A DNA stretch of 64,000 bases from the NCBI GenBank assembly GCA_000165345.1, contig CM000433.1, positions 288,001 through 352,000 on the forward strand, read 5' to 3'. The first letter of the stretch is position 1, and each line of letters opens with the position of its first letter. Shown here in pieces: positions 40,032 through 51,709 of the stretch. The translations under genes and the position numbers were made by a program. Under the pieces are notes generated by a model that worked only from the letters and a program-made list of their open reading frames with translations, searched no databases and was not told the origin of the DNA.

Positions 40032-43000
40032 ATGTTATTTATCCGACTGTTACTTACCTATTCTCTTTTATTCACTTTTCTTGAAAGTGTAATATTTTGC
40101 CAGGAAATTGACAAGAGTAGGATTATTTTGGAAAGCATTCTGAATGAATTGCATGGCTTGGGGTATTCACAAATTAAACAGGACAACCTAATAAATCCTA
40201 TTCAAGAAATTTATAATGGAGATTTGGACCACTTTAATTCATTTTGTGTAAATTCGCTTTTAAATTACTACAGAAATTCGCCCAGTGAAATATGGGTAAA
40301 TGAGCAGGTTGGTCAAGTCTCAATTGATAAGATTATTCACAACTTTATATTGGTTTGCAGAGAGCTACCAGAATGGCAAAATGTTTGTCAAAATCAACCT
40401 TCTATAGATAGTTTAATTGCAACTGACATTCATTTAGCAGCATTATTAACGATGAATGAAAACCATGAGCTAAGCAATGTTCCAATTGATACATTTTGTA
40501 ACTTGAATTTAAATTTTTTTAATGAAGATCATTCAAATTATAATCATTTATGCGTCGAAAAGCTAATATCTAATCAAGTAAATTTTGAAAAAATTACTTT
40601 TAAAATTAGGGACGCTTTAACAATTTGCTCAATGACAACATTTTGGTCAAAAATTTGTATTAAAAATAACTCCAATAACTATGATCTTCCAGAGTTGCAT
40701 TTGCTTGCATCTTCTCTATTCTTTGAGGTTTCTAAGCATGATAAATATTTATCTAGTTCAAATGGTTTAGAAGGATTAACACCTATAGAATTTTGTGGGT
40801 TATCTGAGAAAATGATCTTAAAAGGAGATGTATTGAACTACTTTAATATTATTTGCGTTGATGAATTATCAATATCTTCTAAGCTTGTTTTGGGAAGATC
40901 TTGGTTACCTTCGACAAAGAACATAATTGATATTTGCAGAAATAATCCTTTATGGATAACATGCGACCTTAATTTAAATTATAAAAACTTCGATACTATT
41001 AATTCACTCTCAGATAATAAAGAATCTGGCTATATATCCATTATTGATAAAACTAGTTTACTTGCCACAGCATTGTTACAGCAGATACACCTGCTGCCAA
41101 CTTATATGTTTAGCTCATTATATTATCAATTCGCGGATATTGATAATCTATGCTATATAACAAGCATAATTCAAAATGACATAAGTCTAATACAAAACGA
41201 AGAACTTTCTACTCATTCGCAAATAAACTTTGGACAGTTTTTCAATTCAATATGCTGGCGAATTCTTTCAACTTATCCTATTACTTTTAAAACGAGTATC
41301 GGAATCATTTCTCAGCCAATAAAAACTCTTGAAGCAGTTTCAGTGTGTAGTTCTTCCGTACTATTTTGGGTTAACGATTGTGTAACTGAAAGCTCTGAAG
41401 ACTTAATTTATCTGCCTCAAATAAGCATTTTATCACAGGAACTTTTGATTTCATCAAAAAAATATTATAATTTGCCTGCGAACACATTTTGTATTGCTGC
41501 TAAAAACATAATTTCAAACCTGAATAAATTAAATAGTGGGCTCGGATCTTCTGCTAAAAGACTTGAAGACTATTCAATCAGTTGGGTTCTAAATAATATT
41601 AGTAAAATAGATTCATACGCTCAATTTAATGGAATAACGTCAGGATATTTTAACAGAGAATGTGTAAGAGAACTTATAGGAAGTAATGAAAGTAACAGTG
41701 AGTATATCCCAATGAATTTTGCGATTTTTATCTGTAGTAGTTCATTAAGATGGGAAAAATGTCCGGTAAAAGGTAGTATTAAAAGTAAGTTTTTGACAGA
41801 ATTTGTAGCATCCGAATTCTACTATGGATTATTAGCAGAAATGGACTTCAATTTCCAATTCAACTGGAATGATATTTGCTTGATATCAGAATCAACCATA
41901 CCTGAAGAGTATGATAATTTAGACTCAATCCCTAATATTCCTTATTTCAACCATTTTTGCTCTTTAAGTTTTATCAAAAACCTAAAACTTATAAGAAAAA
42001 ACGCAAATATTTCATTCAGTGAAAACAAACAATATATATTTACTAATTTTATTAGAGTTTGTGTTCACAATTATTTTTGGAGGGTGCCATGTGGAGAAAT
42101 TGTTGAATTAGATTTGCTTGCAAACAGTTTACTTTTTGGCTCACATCAATTTGCATCTATGCAAAATATATCTGAACCTCAATTTTGTAAAGCAGCAAAC
42201 AATTTATTAGACGTGGACCCAACAAAATTTGAAATTGAGTGTATGAGGGAACTCATGAAAATTGGTACTCAATTCACTTCAGAAATAGCTCAAGGGGCTT
42301 GCACAGTAACGCACCGTTCTCAAATATGCCATGGGTACCCGGAAGAATATTCTCATATTGCTGGTACGCTATTCTCAGCTATGTATCAATATTTTCCAAT
42401 TTCTGAAATTCCGAGTTTTATTGAATTTTGTGAAATTGTCCATTCGATATTCACAGATAATGAAATAAACGATTCACCATATTATTTTAATGCTATATGC
42501 GCAAGACACATTCACAATTCTAACTTGAATGCATCATTTTTGACTATATCTGTCCTTTGCAGCCATATATCTCCAAACAACATTTCCAATGAAGATTATA
42601 CGGAATCTCTTTTGGTTTCTGAATTTTTTAAAAAAAGTAAAAGCATAAATTCACTAAGAAAGTGGGAATTACATTATTTCTATCCATTGGCCAAACAAAT
42701 TTTAGAAAGTATAGAAAAAGATCCAAAGGATATTTCTAATTTTAATTATAAGTGTGTTGCAATAACAAGGAGTATAATATCTACCGATTCATTTACATTA
42801 AAATTGGATGATGCAATTTCATTATGCAGCGGTTCAATTGCATTTAAAATTTACTGTAAAAATCAAAATCAAAGTATTCAACACTTAGTATCTGAAATAA
42901 TTCAAGGGATAATGTTAAATTATGGGTTAGACATAATTGAATATTCTGAAATTCAATCAATTTGTAGTGCTGCAAAATTAATTCATGATGGGTCAGTAGA

Positions 43001-46000
43001 AAAACAACCGATCTCGAGAAATTTACCTGGAATAACCAAATATCCATATTTCTTAAATTCTTGTATCGAGGTGTTAACTTCAGGAATAATACTACCTACT
43101 AAATTTGTCGAAATTTCTACAGACAATGCTATTTCAATATGCACTCAATCTTTGCGCTCTTCAACACCATGTAAGAGCGAGAAGGCTATTGTATCTGCTA
43201 TTGCTGTGGGGCTTTATTCAGAAATGCAAAATTTCCCTGAAATGGCCAAATTACAAGTAACTGAATTATGCATTTTTGCCTCAAAACTTGCCGAAAGTAA
43301 TACAGAAGACTATTTAGAAACATGCTCTAAATATTTAAGTAATTTTAAGTCATATATTCCAACAATTGAAGACCTAAATGTAAATCTTACTGAAATTCAA
43401 AAGCAAAGAATTTGTACGAAGCCGTTTATGTGGCCCAAATGCAATGTTGATGAAAATTTGGTGCGTGGGGTTCACTCAGTTCAAATAGAAAAGCTCGCTT
43501 CAAAGCTAAAAGCAATATTCAAATCAAATGATATTAATATTTGGAAGTTCGAAAGGTATTGTGTCTTTGCAGAAAAACTCCTGAATGATAATGGCGAAAA
43601 TGATTTTATAAAATGTAATAATTTGCTTAAAGACTTCGAATATATTGAAATAATCAAACAAAGTTCGAATATAGTGGAAAACCCTCTGTTTTTATTTTAC
43701 AAACTTGAAGATAAAACTATTAACAAAGTTTGCAGTATAATCTCTTCTCACTCAAATTGCCTCAATTCCAGAAATGGGCTATCAGGCCTACTTGCATCAA
43801 ACTTTTTTTCTATTTCAACAAAATATTTGGATTTGAATTCAATAAAGAGCTCGGACTTTTGTATAATTTCGGAATTATTACTACAGAGAGGTAGTTTAAA
43901 GGAGATTAAGGAGAGTTGCCCTTATTTGCTGTTACAAATAACTAATTTGGAACACTGGCCTAAAATAATGTTAACACCGGAGCTCAGTCAAGTAATCTGC
44001 GATAGTTTAAGTATTACAAATTTGAATTGCATTATGCCCAACATAAATCAGGGTATTACAATTGAAATTTCGTCTGCTATTAATGATATAGCAATCGAAT
44101 TGTTTTTCATTAGAAAAAAATATGTTCCAAGTTTTAATCCTGAATCGAGCTGCATAATGGCAGAATCATTAATTCAGTTTGGAATAAAAAATGAGTATTT
44201 CAATCGCCTTTGCATAAACTTAATTTCATACGACATTTGGAATTTTTCAGGAAATTTTGACAAAAAATATAGTCAATATTGGAGTATTAGCCGTGAAGAT
44301 CCCATGACTTTCATTAGTTTTATTAAGAGTGAAGCTTCACGATTCTGTGAAGAATTAGAAGGGAGACTTTCAGAAATATATATAAAAAGTCATAATTTTA
44401 TTTCAAAAAAAAAACGTGATAATAAGCTAGACAATAAAATTTACTATCAAAAGGTCCTCAGAAGAACCTTTAATCCATTAAATTTTGGTAAAACTAATGA
44501 ACATGATCTTTCGAATAAACTTACGAAAAAAGAAGAAAGAATCGAACTGAAAAAGAAGTTGAGAATTATTTCTAAAGCTAAAGGGTATGTTGCATTAAAC
44601 GACGAGGCTGTCAAGGAATATTCCCCAGAAATGGTGGATTTTAAGTTAGCAAAGAAGTACTATGCCGACTTCCCTAAAGATATTTACAAATCTATAGATA
44701 ATTCAAATTTTGTATTTAAGATGCCAGAATTTAACTGGAATTTGTTCTCAGAAAAGCTTGTGTTTACTTCAAAGAATTTTCTTGGAATTTCAATAAAGGT
44801 TTCTGATCCAAAATACGGTGGTATTGCAGGGCTAATTCAAAAGTGGGGATATACGCCTCAAGGCACAGTGCAAGGTGCGCAGTATATTTATCGAGTGTCT
44901 AGATATATAAACAAATATATGATAAGCCCAAAAAAAGCATATTTAATTTGGAAAGAGACTCTTATAGCAATGAATTTCGCTATTCTCCCGAAATGGCGTG
45001 ATTCATGGCAAGATGAGATTAGGAAACCAAGTCCATTAGATGAGCAACCTTTGCCTTCATGTGAAGGAGTTAAATCAAGCAAAGTATTAAAACAGTTGGG
45101 AATGGATAAGAAAAAAATAAGTATGGTGGCACTTGCAAATATTGACTCCTTCGTCGCACAGATGACGGAGGCAGCTCATGATTTGAAGTTATATAATGTC
45201 AAATTTAACGATTTTTGCCTTGTCGGGATTATATTGTTTAATACTAAATCTTATTCGAGAACTGAATCTTTTAACTATCAGTGTACTAAATGGGTTAAAG
45301 AAATTGGGTATGTTGAAGAGTATGTTGAAAATGTTAATTTTGCTGAAAATGAGCACAAACTTTCAAAAAAAATCGTAAATCGTCTTAAAAATAATGTTAG
45401 AAAGCAAATACCTGCTATTTTAGCTAGAAAAATATGTGCAAGCACAAGCCGTTGGATGAGTTGTAACAGTGGAGTTGGAATCGATGAAAAACTAAACATT
45501 GATAATCTCGCAACCGAGTTAGTCAGGCTTTCAAGAATTGCTGGACTTGAATTTCGTGATATGTGTGAAGTCGCAATTCAAATCGCTAATGCTCAAGACT
45601 TCAATCAGAAATGTCCAGTCATACTTCAGCAGGTAATTGGTAATTATAATAGGTCATATCAAGTTTGTAAGTCCACTAGTTCTTGGAAATCGTGCCAATA
45701 TTCAAAGGTAGTATTGGATCCAAAGTTAAAAGAACATTTGGATACATTAACAACTGAATTAACAATTGGACTAAATGAAGTTTTCCCAAATATCTTTACT
45801 TTCGAGGAAATATGCTACTTGAGTGAAAAGTTTGTTGCTTCTGAATACTTTAAAACCGATTGTACTAGATCATTATTTGATTTTTTGGTTGCCCAAAGGT
45901 TTATTAAACCAACGTTAAATATTTATGGAGACGTAAAACCTTCAAAGTCCTTTAAGCATATTGTATCAGTTGCGCTTGCAATTTGCTATGACACATTAAG

Positions 46001-47810
46001 GTGGCAACAAGCAACTTGTGTCTTGGAAAGTGAAGGTTATTACTCACTTCATGAAAAGCAATGGGTTGATTTAGTTTCAGAAGAAATATTAAAAGAAATG
46101 ATGGAGTTAAGTAAACTTGATCCACAAATATCCATATTTTTTAAGAATGCAGAAAGGGAGCAGCTTTTGGAGCGTTTTAATCTTGAGAATAATAACAAAT
46201 TTAAAATAAAACTTCCTCCTGTAATCAAGTATCATGATATTTGTAACCATGTGGCCAAAATAACAAAAACAAGATACTTTAATATTAATTGTATCCAAGT
46301 AACCACTGACATTTTTCAAACTCAATTAACAAAGATCAAGCTAGAAAATGAACGTGCTAATAATTTTGAGGAAATTAATTTATATGGAGGTATCATAAAG
46401 GTTCCAAATTCAAGCACAATTGAGGGTATTTGTAAAGGAAGCATTTTTTGGGAAACTTGCTCAAATAAACATTTGCAGCCACTCTTTAAGTTTGATTTGG
46501 AAAATGCAAAAAAAGAGGATGTCGACATTATTGTCAATGACATCATGGTCTCTATTTTACAACTTAATCAAAATGGTTTTGAAAGCTCCGTTGATATTAA
46601 AAAAGAACTGCATGATTTAGACAATATACACAAACTAGCTTCAAAGACGGTTGATTCACTAGACTATCTTGATTTTTGCAAGATTGGGATTTGGTATTCG
46701 AAAGAAATATCAAATTTAGAACAAAAAGAGCACTCTGAGTTACAGAATCTTCTTTCAACAAAGATTCTCTTCCTCATTCTTGAAAGCATGTATCCCAATC
46801 GTAAGCTAGAAAAGGATCAAGTAACCGAAGAATCTGAAAATGAGGAGCTTGGTACACTTGATCAATACATTGAACAATCAATAATCAAACTTCCGACAAC
46901 AGCTCCAAAACTAGTTAAACCACCCAGTTCTATGTTCAGAAATATAACAAGTATTGAGACAGTATTATTACATCAAAGCGATGACTACTCAAGCAATATT
47001 TTCGCGGTGAATCTATCTGGTTTTCCTATGTTTCAAGACTTTTATGTGAAAAGAAATATTTCAACCATTGATAGAGATATCTATGGGAATACTCTATATG
47101 TTAAGCCTAAAGCTGGGCTTATGCTTTCAAGTTATCAACTACCCGATGGATCGCAGAAGCTCTCTAAATACGTAAATTTAGAAAAAGGTAGAAATATAGT
47201 TGAACCTAAGATCAATCAACTCGAAACGGAACGAATATTACACATAATAAAGCAGAACCCAAATAATTTTCATTCTTCAATTCTACCTCATGCTACAAAA
47301 GAAATCATTGGTAAAAAGAAACCAAATCCTTCCGAAAAGAAAATAAAAAAAGAATGGTACAGAAATATTAAAAAAGAGTACTATTACAAGAAAGGAAGAG
47401 AAATTGCAAAGAAAGAATGGGAATCGAGGCAAATTGCGTTTAGTAACAACAATGGAACCGGAGAAATTATATGGGAAACTGAAAAGAAGAAGATTCCAAA
47501 CCTTATCCATGCGTTATTTAACTCTGAATTGAGAAAGCAAAGAAAAGAAGGGAAATTATTTAATAAAGGTTTATATAAGGCAAGAGTTCATCAATTTCTT
47601 CTTGAAAAATTTGATAATGACTTAAAATTGAGAAAAGAAAACGAGAAAACAGGAAAGATTATAATCAAATCAAAATATAAAAACAATATCCATACAAAAA
47701 ATGGCGAAATTAACAACCTTGAAAAAATTTATAGTGAACAAGAAATCAATGTTGTTACAAATATAGCAGCATTAATAGGCTATAACCAAATTGCAGTTGA
47801 TTTGCTTTAG
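40032..47810 (+). CDS. Giant (2592 aa) secreted protein of the same Cys-module family (about 15 or more module copies), with a Lys-rich low-complexity insert and tail
   Basis: Signal peptide MLFIRLLLTYSLLFTFLESVIFC. The modules recur as, for example, 'ALTICSMTTFWSKIC', 'IIDICRNNPLWITC', 'AVSVCSSSVLFWVNDC', 'AIFICSSSLRWEKC', 'FIRVCVHNYFWRVPC', 'ARKICASTSRWMSC', 'ALAICYDTLRWQQATC', 'EGICKGSIFWETC'. Each follows 'FxxFC'/'YFNxxC' helices. Single 7.8-kb ORF. Confidence 0.7.
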   Translation: MLFIRLLLTYSLLFTFLESVIFCQEIDKSRIILESILNELHGLGYSQIKQDNLINPIQEIYNGDLDHFNSFCVNSLLNYYRNSPSEIWVNEQVGQVSIDKIIHNFILVCRELPEWQNVCQNQPSIDSLIATDIHLAALLTMNENHELSNVPIDTFCNLNLNFFNEDHSNYNHLCVEKLISNQVNFEKITFKIRDALTICSMTTFWSKICIKNNSNNYDLPELHLLASSLFFEVSKHDKYLSSSNGLEGLTPIEFCGLSEKMILKGDVLNYFNIICVDELSISSKLVLGRSWLPSTKNIIDICRNNPLWITCDLNLNYKNFDTINSLSDNKESGYISIIDKTSLLATALLQQIHLLPTYMFSSLYYQFADIDNLCYITSIIQNDISLIQNEELSTHSQINFGQFFNSICWRILSTYPITFKTSIGIISQPIKTLEAVSVCSSSVLFWVNDCVTESSEDLIYLPQISILSQELLISSKKYYNLPANTFCIAAKNIISNLNKLNSGLGSSAKRLEDYSISWVLNNISKIDSYAQFNGITSGYFNRECVRELIGSNESNSEYIPMNFAIFICSSSLRWEKCPVKGSIKSKFLTEFVASEFYYGLLAEMDFNFQFNWNDICLISESTIPEEYDNLDSIPNIPYFNHFCSLSFIKNLKLIRKNANISFSENKQYIFTNFIRVCVHNYFWRVPCGEIVELDLLANSLLFGSHQFASMQNISEPQFCKAANNLLDVDPTKFEIECMRELMKIGTQFTSEIAQGACTVTHRSQICHGYPEEYSHIAGTLFSAMYQYFPISEIPSFIEFCEIVHSIFTDNEINDSPYYFNAICARHIHNSNLNASFLTISVLCSHISPNNISNEDYTESLLVSEFFKKSKSINSLRKWELHYFYPLAKQILESIEKDPKDISNFNYKCVAITRSIISTDSFTLKLDDAISLCSGSIAFKIYCKNQNQSIQHLVSEIIQGIMLNYGLDIIEYSEIQSICSAAKLIHDGSVEKQPISRNLPGITKYPYFLNSCIEVLTSGIILPTKFVEISTDNAISICTQSLRSSTPCKSEKAIVSAIAVGLYSEMQNFPEMAKLQVTELCIFASKLAESNTEDYLETCSKYLSNFKSYIPTIEDLNVNLTEIQKQRICTKPFMWPKCNVDENLVRGVHSVQIEKLASKLKAIFKSNDINIWKFERYCVFAEKLLNDNGENDFIKCNNLLKDFEYIEIIKQSSNIVENPLFLFYKLEDKTINKVCSIISSHSNCLNSRNGLSGLLASNFFSISTKYLDLNSIKSSDFCIISELLLQRGSLKEIKESCPYLLLQITNLEHWPKIMLTPELSQVICDSLSITNLNCIMPNINQGITIEISSAINDIAIELFFIRKKYVPSFNPESSCIMAESLIQFGIKNEYFNRLCINLISYDIWNFSGNFDKKYSQYWSISREDPMTFISFIKSEASRFCEELEGRLSEIYIKSHNFISKKKRDNKLDNKIYYQKVLRRTFNPLNFGKTNEHDLSNKLTKKEERIELKKKLRIISKAKGYVALNDEAVKEYSPEMVDFKLAKKYYADFPKDIYKSIDNSNFVFKMPEFNWNLFSEKLVFTSKNFLGISIKVSDPKYGGIAGLIQKWGYTPQGTVQGAQYIYRVSRYINKYMISPKKAYLIWKETLIAMNFAILPKWRDSWQDEIRKPSPLDEQPLPSCEGVKSSKVLKQLGMDKKKISMVALANIDSFVAQMTEAAHDLKLYNVKFNDFCLVGIILFNTKSYSRTESFNYQCTKWVKEIGYVEEYVENVNFAENEHKLSKKIVNRLKNNVRKQIPAILARKICASTSRWMSCNSGVGIDEKLNIDNLATELVRLSRIAGLEFRDMCEVAIQIANAQDFNQKCPVILQQVIGNYNRSYQVCKSTSSWKSCQYSKVVLDPKLKEHLDTLTTELTIGLNEVFPNIFTFEEICYLSEKFVASEYFKTDCTRSLFDFLVAQRFIKPTLNIYGDVKPSKSFKHIVSVALAICYDTLRWQQATCVLESEGYYSLHEKQWVDLVSEEILKEMMELSKLDPQISIFFKNAEREQLLERFNLENNNKFKIKLPPVIKYHDICNHVAKITKTRYFNINCIQVTTDIFQTQLTKIKLENERANNFEEINLYGGIIKVPNSSTIEGICKGSIFWETCSNKHLQPLFKFDLENAKKEDVDIIVNDIMVSILQLNQNGFESSVDIKKELHDLDNIHKLASKTVDSLDYLDFCKIGIWYSKEISNLEQKEHSELQNLLSTKILFLILESMYPNRKLEKDQVTEESENEELGTLDQYIEQSIIKLPTTAPKLVKPPSSMFRNITSIETVLLHQSDDYSSNIFAVNLSGFPMFQDFYVKRNISTIDRDIYGNTLYVKPKAGLMLSSYQLPDGSQKLSKYVNLEKGRNIVEPKINQLETERILHIIKQNPNNFHSSILPHATKEIIGKKKPNPSEKKIKKEWYRNIKKEYYYKKGREIAKKEWESRQIAFSNNNGTGEIIWETEKKKIPNLIHALFNSELRKQRKEGKLFNKGLYKARVHQFLLEKFDNDLKLRKENEKTGKIIIKSKYKNNIHTKNGEINNLEKIYSEQEINVVTNIAALIGYNQIAVDLL

Positions 47811-47826
47811 AATTTAGGAAAATATG

Positions 47827-47839
47827 TTTGGCGGCATTT
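47827..47839 (+). promoter_or_regulatory. E2F-like motif TTTGGCGGCATTT about 80 bp upstream of ATG 47917
   Basis: Same TTTGGCGGCA core as at 35995..36008. Confidence 0.35.
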
Positions 47840-47916
47840 GATAAGATCTATTTTTTAATATTATTTGTTCACTTTTTTTATCACTAGGTTAAGAGCGACT
47901 TTAACACTACTTTCAT

Positions 47917-48798
47917 ATGGTATCGATTGTTTCTACTGCACAAGCTAGTCTTTTAGATGAAGATGCATATAACAAAAAACTCCGAGTAAATAATCGGGCA
48001 TGTGGAGTTTGGGGAAAGGCGTTTTGCTGCTTAAACTTGAAAGGGAGCGTAATTGCGATCGCAATTATATATGGGTCAGCATATATACTTTCTAATATAG
48101 GTAAGATATTCATTCCCATTGAGTAACATGTTTAATTCATTTTTTTAGGTATTTTATTACTGGGAACAATAATTCATATTGATAGCAGTAATCTTTTGAA
48201 GTTACTGCCAGTAAAAAACTTATTACTTATCATAAATAACCTTGGGAAGAATTCATTTGGAAATATTGACAACTCCAAATTCCTTTCACAAATATTCGTA
48301 GAAACATATTTACTGAAAATTTTGCTGAAATTTCTTGAAGTTTCTAGTTATACTAATGGAATTATTTTCATTTTTGGAATTCTTGTAGGGATGCTCAACT
48401 GGTTCTGGTTAACCGCTATTCTGCTTATGACGCTATGGATTGAATCTATCAAATCAATTTCTTCGATAATATATATTACATACCTTTTATTATTTATCAT
48501 TGAAAATTGGCTTCCCAAAATAGTTACTACACTTATTTCAGTTATTTTGTTGATAATAACATGTTTATTCTCATACTATTCTATTCAAATAGTTTATTCG
48601 CTGTATCTGGTTCAATTAGCAGGAGGAAGAGGTGATGAATATGTTGCGTACTACAAGCTAAGGAGATTAATCCAAAATTCCAGAATTGATAACTCCAACA
48701 AGTTGTCAAATTCAGTCATGGAGAAAAATTTAATAAGGAATACGGATGAAAATTCATCATTAATTCGAGTTAGTCAAGACTCACACTCGAATGTATAA
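47917..48798 (+). CDS. Small polytopic membrane protein, 2 exons: 47917..48100, 48149..48798
   Basis: Exon 1 'MVSIVSTAQASLLDEDAYNKKLRVNNRACGVWGKAFCCLNLKGSVIAIAIIYGSAYILSNIG' ends at a GTAAGA donor. A 48-nt intron and AG acceptor join it in frame to ORF-track entry 48196..48798, which has several hydrophobic helices. Family unknown. Confidence 0.5.
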
Positions 48799-49034
48799 TA
48801 TTTGTAATCTTTTTTAATAGATTCTATATAAATATATCAGACTTGAAGGAGATTCACGCTAAAATTATCAACAACCGGGTTTATTAATAGTATTATTTAA
48901 TTTATTTTAAATTAAAGTTTCTCTTTTCTAAATTGGTATTAAATACATCCATTAAACAATAAATTATTTCGAATAATTCGTCAGCTATTGTATTTAAGAC
49001 AAATATTGTGTTAAAATTGGAATTTAAATTTTTA

Positions 49035-51266
49035 TTAGAATTTAGCAATTTCATGGATCCTTAATAATTCTTCTAGTTTATGTATTTCTGCTAATTTACT
49101 CTTGATTTCATTTTCAAAATTTCTTATCTTAATTCTACTAACCCTGACATCCTCTTTAAGATTTATGCATCCATTCAAGTATTGTTCTTCAATAGATTTT
49201 AACTCCTCACTTTCTTTGTTCATTTTTTTCTTAATTTCTTCAAGGGAATTTTTTTCATTTTGAAGCATAAATTGAATTTCATCGCTCTTATATCTTGTTA
49301 AAAGTAATTCTCTTGCCTTTTCTGCCAACATAATTTTTCCTTGTAATTCAGATATTAGATTGTTATAATATTCCATATTCTCTTTACTTTCATCTGAATT
49401 GTTTTCACTATTCATCCATCTATCAAGTTCTTTTTTGGCGTATTCGACTTGTGGTTCATAAACTTCTTTAACAGCCTTTATAGTTGCCCAGCAAATTGAA
49501 TCTTTATATTTTGATGGGTTATCTAAAAACTTAACTATTAAATCAATTGGATCACACTCATCAGCATGTTTGTTATTTTCAATGGATTCCTTTTGATTAT
49601 TTATATCTTCAATTCGGATTTGAGCAGAAGCGAATAGCTGTGCCAATTGTGGATCAGACTCTACAATAGGTAAGCTCCCATTCAATTTTTCAAGTGTTCT
49701 TTGACTAAACTCAGTTAATTTATTATTTGGTTGTTTAATGTCAGTGAGCGAGTTTATTAATTTTTTTTGTGGAGAAAATTTAAATTTCTCACTTTTTTCA
49801 AAATTGGTTAAATAATCATTACTTGCTTCAGGATCATCAATAAATGGAATCAATTTTTCAAATGATTTAATACCAATGTTAGAATTTTCTTCAAAACTAT
49901 TATTATATTCTGTTCCTGCCATATTTTTATTATTTTTTATTTCATTCAATGTAAAACTTTGTAAATTGTGATTATTAGAAATATTTGAAATTTCTTCTTT
50001 TACTGGACCATAATCTTTAATACGTGTCGGTTCTTTAGTCATATTTGCATATTCTGATGTGTAAACTTCATCGGATTTATCTTTAATATTTGGGTCATAA
50101 CCATCTGTTTTATGAATGACTTCAATGGGTCTTTCATCAAATCTAGTTGGATCGGTATTATTTGATTCAACGGAAATATATTTATTTATATTTTTTCCAA
50201 AAAATTCTTCATTTTGAATATGGTTTTTCCGATTTGAATCGTTTGACTCTATTTTAGTCTTTTTATGTGACTCTAATTTACTCTCATTTTGATTGTGTTG
50301 TGCATCAACAAATATATTATTTTTTGGTGAAAATGAAATCTCTATATGAATTGTTTTTTTTGATTTCTTTTTCTTTTTTTCTATTTGACTATTTTCATTT
50401 TTCAATTTATTTGACAAAAAAACGAATTTGTCTATATCATTTTTTATACCAGAAATATCAAAGTTCGAAGTCTTCTCATTATTTGTTTTATTTATTGTAT
50501 CAAAGTCTAATTCATGACATGTATTGGGGGTGTTGTCAATATATTTTTCTAGTATGGAATTTCCATATTCAAATTCATTTTCATTTTCGATTGAATAGCT
50601 CTCGAGTTCTTTTTGAGATTGATCACTTTTGGTAGTATGTGTAGATTTCTGGTCTTCAAGCTCAATGTATTTTATTTTTTCATCAGAGTCTTTAAAAAAT
50701 TCTGAGTAATTATTTATTTCCTCAATTACACTAATTTTCTTTTCTTCAAAATTACTATCTTGAGGAATTCTTTTTTCAACAAAACTTTTATCGGAATTAT
50801 TCTGATTTAAGTTCCCATCTGTAGTTAGAATAGGTGGTTCTGTGTAATTCAAACTATTTGGTTTGGGTGTGGCCACTATTGATGTAACTAGCTTAATTGG
50901 TGAATTACAGTTTGAAAACATAATATTTGAAGATGCTTCGGCAATTGCAGAACCAGTTGGAGTATTTAATAAATTGGAAACTTTTGTCTCAACAAATGTA
51001 ATTGGAGTAATATTGAAATACTGACCTGGATCATATTTTGTTCTATATATAGAATTGTTCTTGGAATTAAATCCTTGATAAGTTTGATTTTTATTCATTC
51101 TATTATTAAAAACTAACAACTCTATTTGGCTATTGTAACCTTCATTGAGATCAATTGGCTTTGGAACTTTGTTAATTAAGTCACAATCTTCATTACGCTC
51201 ATCATTTGATCCATCTTGTAAATTATTTCCCATACAACATTTAAAAGGCATATTAATATGGCACAA
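49035..51266 (-). CDS. Hypothetical protein (743 aa), Asn/Ser/Lys-rich with a C-terminal coiled-coil segment
   Basis: Uninterrupted ORF. The C-terminal roughly 150 aa are heptad-like (…LQGKIMLAEKARELLLTRYKSDEIQFMLQNEKNSLEEIKKKMNKESEELKSIEEQY…). No recognisable catalytic domain. Confidence 0.45.
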   Translation of the reverse strand: MCHINMPFKCCMGNNLQDGSNDERNEDCDLINKVPKPIDLNEGYNSQIELLVFNNRMNKNQTYQGFNSKNNSIYRTKYDPGQYFNITPITFVETKVSNLLNTPTGSAIAEASSNIMFSNCNSPIKLVTSIVATPKPNSLNYTEPPILTTDGNLNQNNSDKSFVEKRIPQDSNFEEKKISVIEEINNYSEFFKDSDEKIKYIELEDQKSTHTTKSDQSQKELESYSIENENEFEYGNSILEKYIDNTPNTCHELDFDTINKTNNEKTSNFDISGIKNDIDKFVFLSNKLKNENSQIEKKKKKSKKTIHIEISFSPKNNIFVDAQHNQNESKLESHKKTKIESNDSNRKNHIQNEEFFGKNINKYISVESNNTDPTRFDERPIEVIHKTDGYDPNIKDKSDEVYTSEYANMTKEPTRIKDYGPVKEEISNISNNHNLQSFTLNEIKNNKNMAGTEYNNSFEENSNIGIKSFEKLIPFIDDPEASNDYLTNFEKSEKFKFSPQKKLINSLTDIKQPNNKLTEFSQRTLEKLNGSLPIVESDPQLAQLFASAQIRIEDINNQKESIENNKHADECDPIDLIVKFLDNPSKYKDSICWATIKAVKEVYEPQVEYAKKELDRWMNSENNSDESKENMEYYNNLISELQGKIMLAEKARELLLTRYKSDEIQFMLQNEKNSLEEIKKKMNKESEELKSIEEQYLNGCINLKEDVRVSRIKIRNFENEIKSKLAEIHKLEELLRIHEIAKF

Positions 51267-51709
51267 TATGAATAATAAGTTTAAAACCTAAATTGATCGG
51301 ATTAATTGATGCAAAATTCAAATAATAAATTTTTTATGTTGATTATTTTTAATGAAGAAAATATACAAAGGTATGTTTTGTCAAATCTTTACAAAAGAAA
51401 AAATTTTTCATTTAATTTGATAAATTCCTATCCTCTTTTTTTAAAATATGGATTGCATAATAAATATTGATTATTCTAATATAATAAGAGCTATTATAGT
51501 TCAAGGCTAGATTGCAGCAAAAAATTGTTATTTTCTGTAAATTCTGAAAGTTGGGACTAAGTTCATAAATTTGAAAATAGATTAATATGAATTAGTTAAT
51601 GCTAGAATCCGCTTTAGGATTAAACTTTTTTCTCTTTCACATTATACAGAAATAGAAGTATTTTTTCAAAATAAAGATGAATAGAAACATTAAATGCTTG
51701 ATGAATCAA

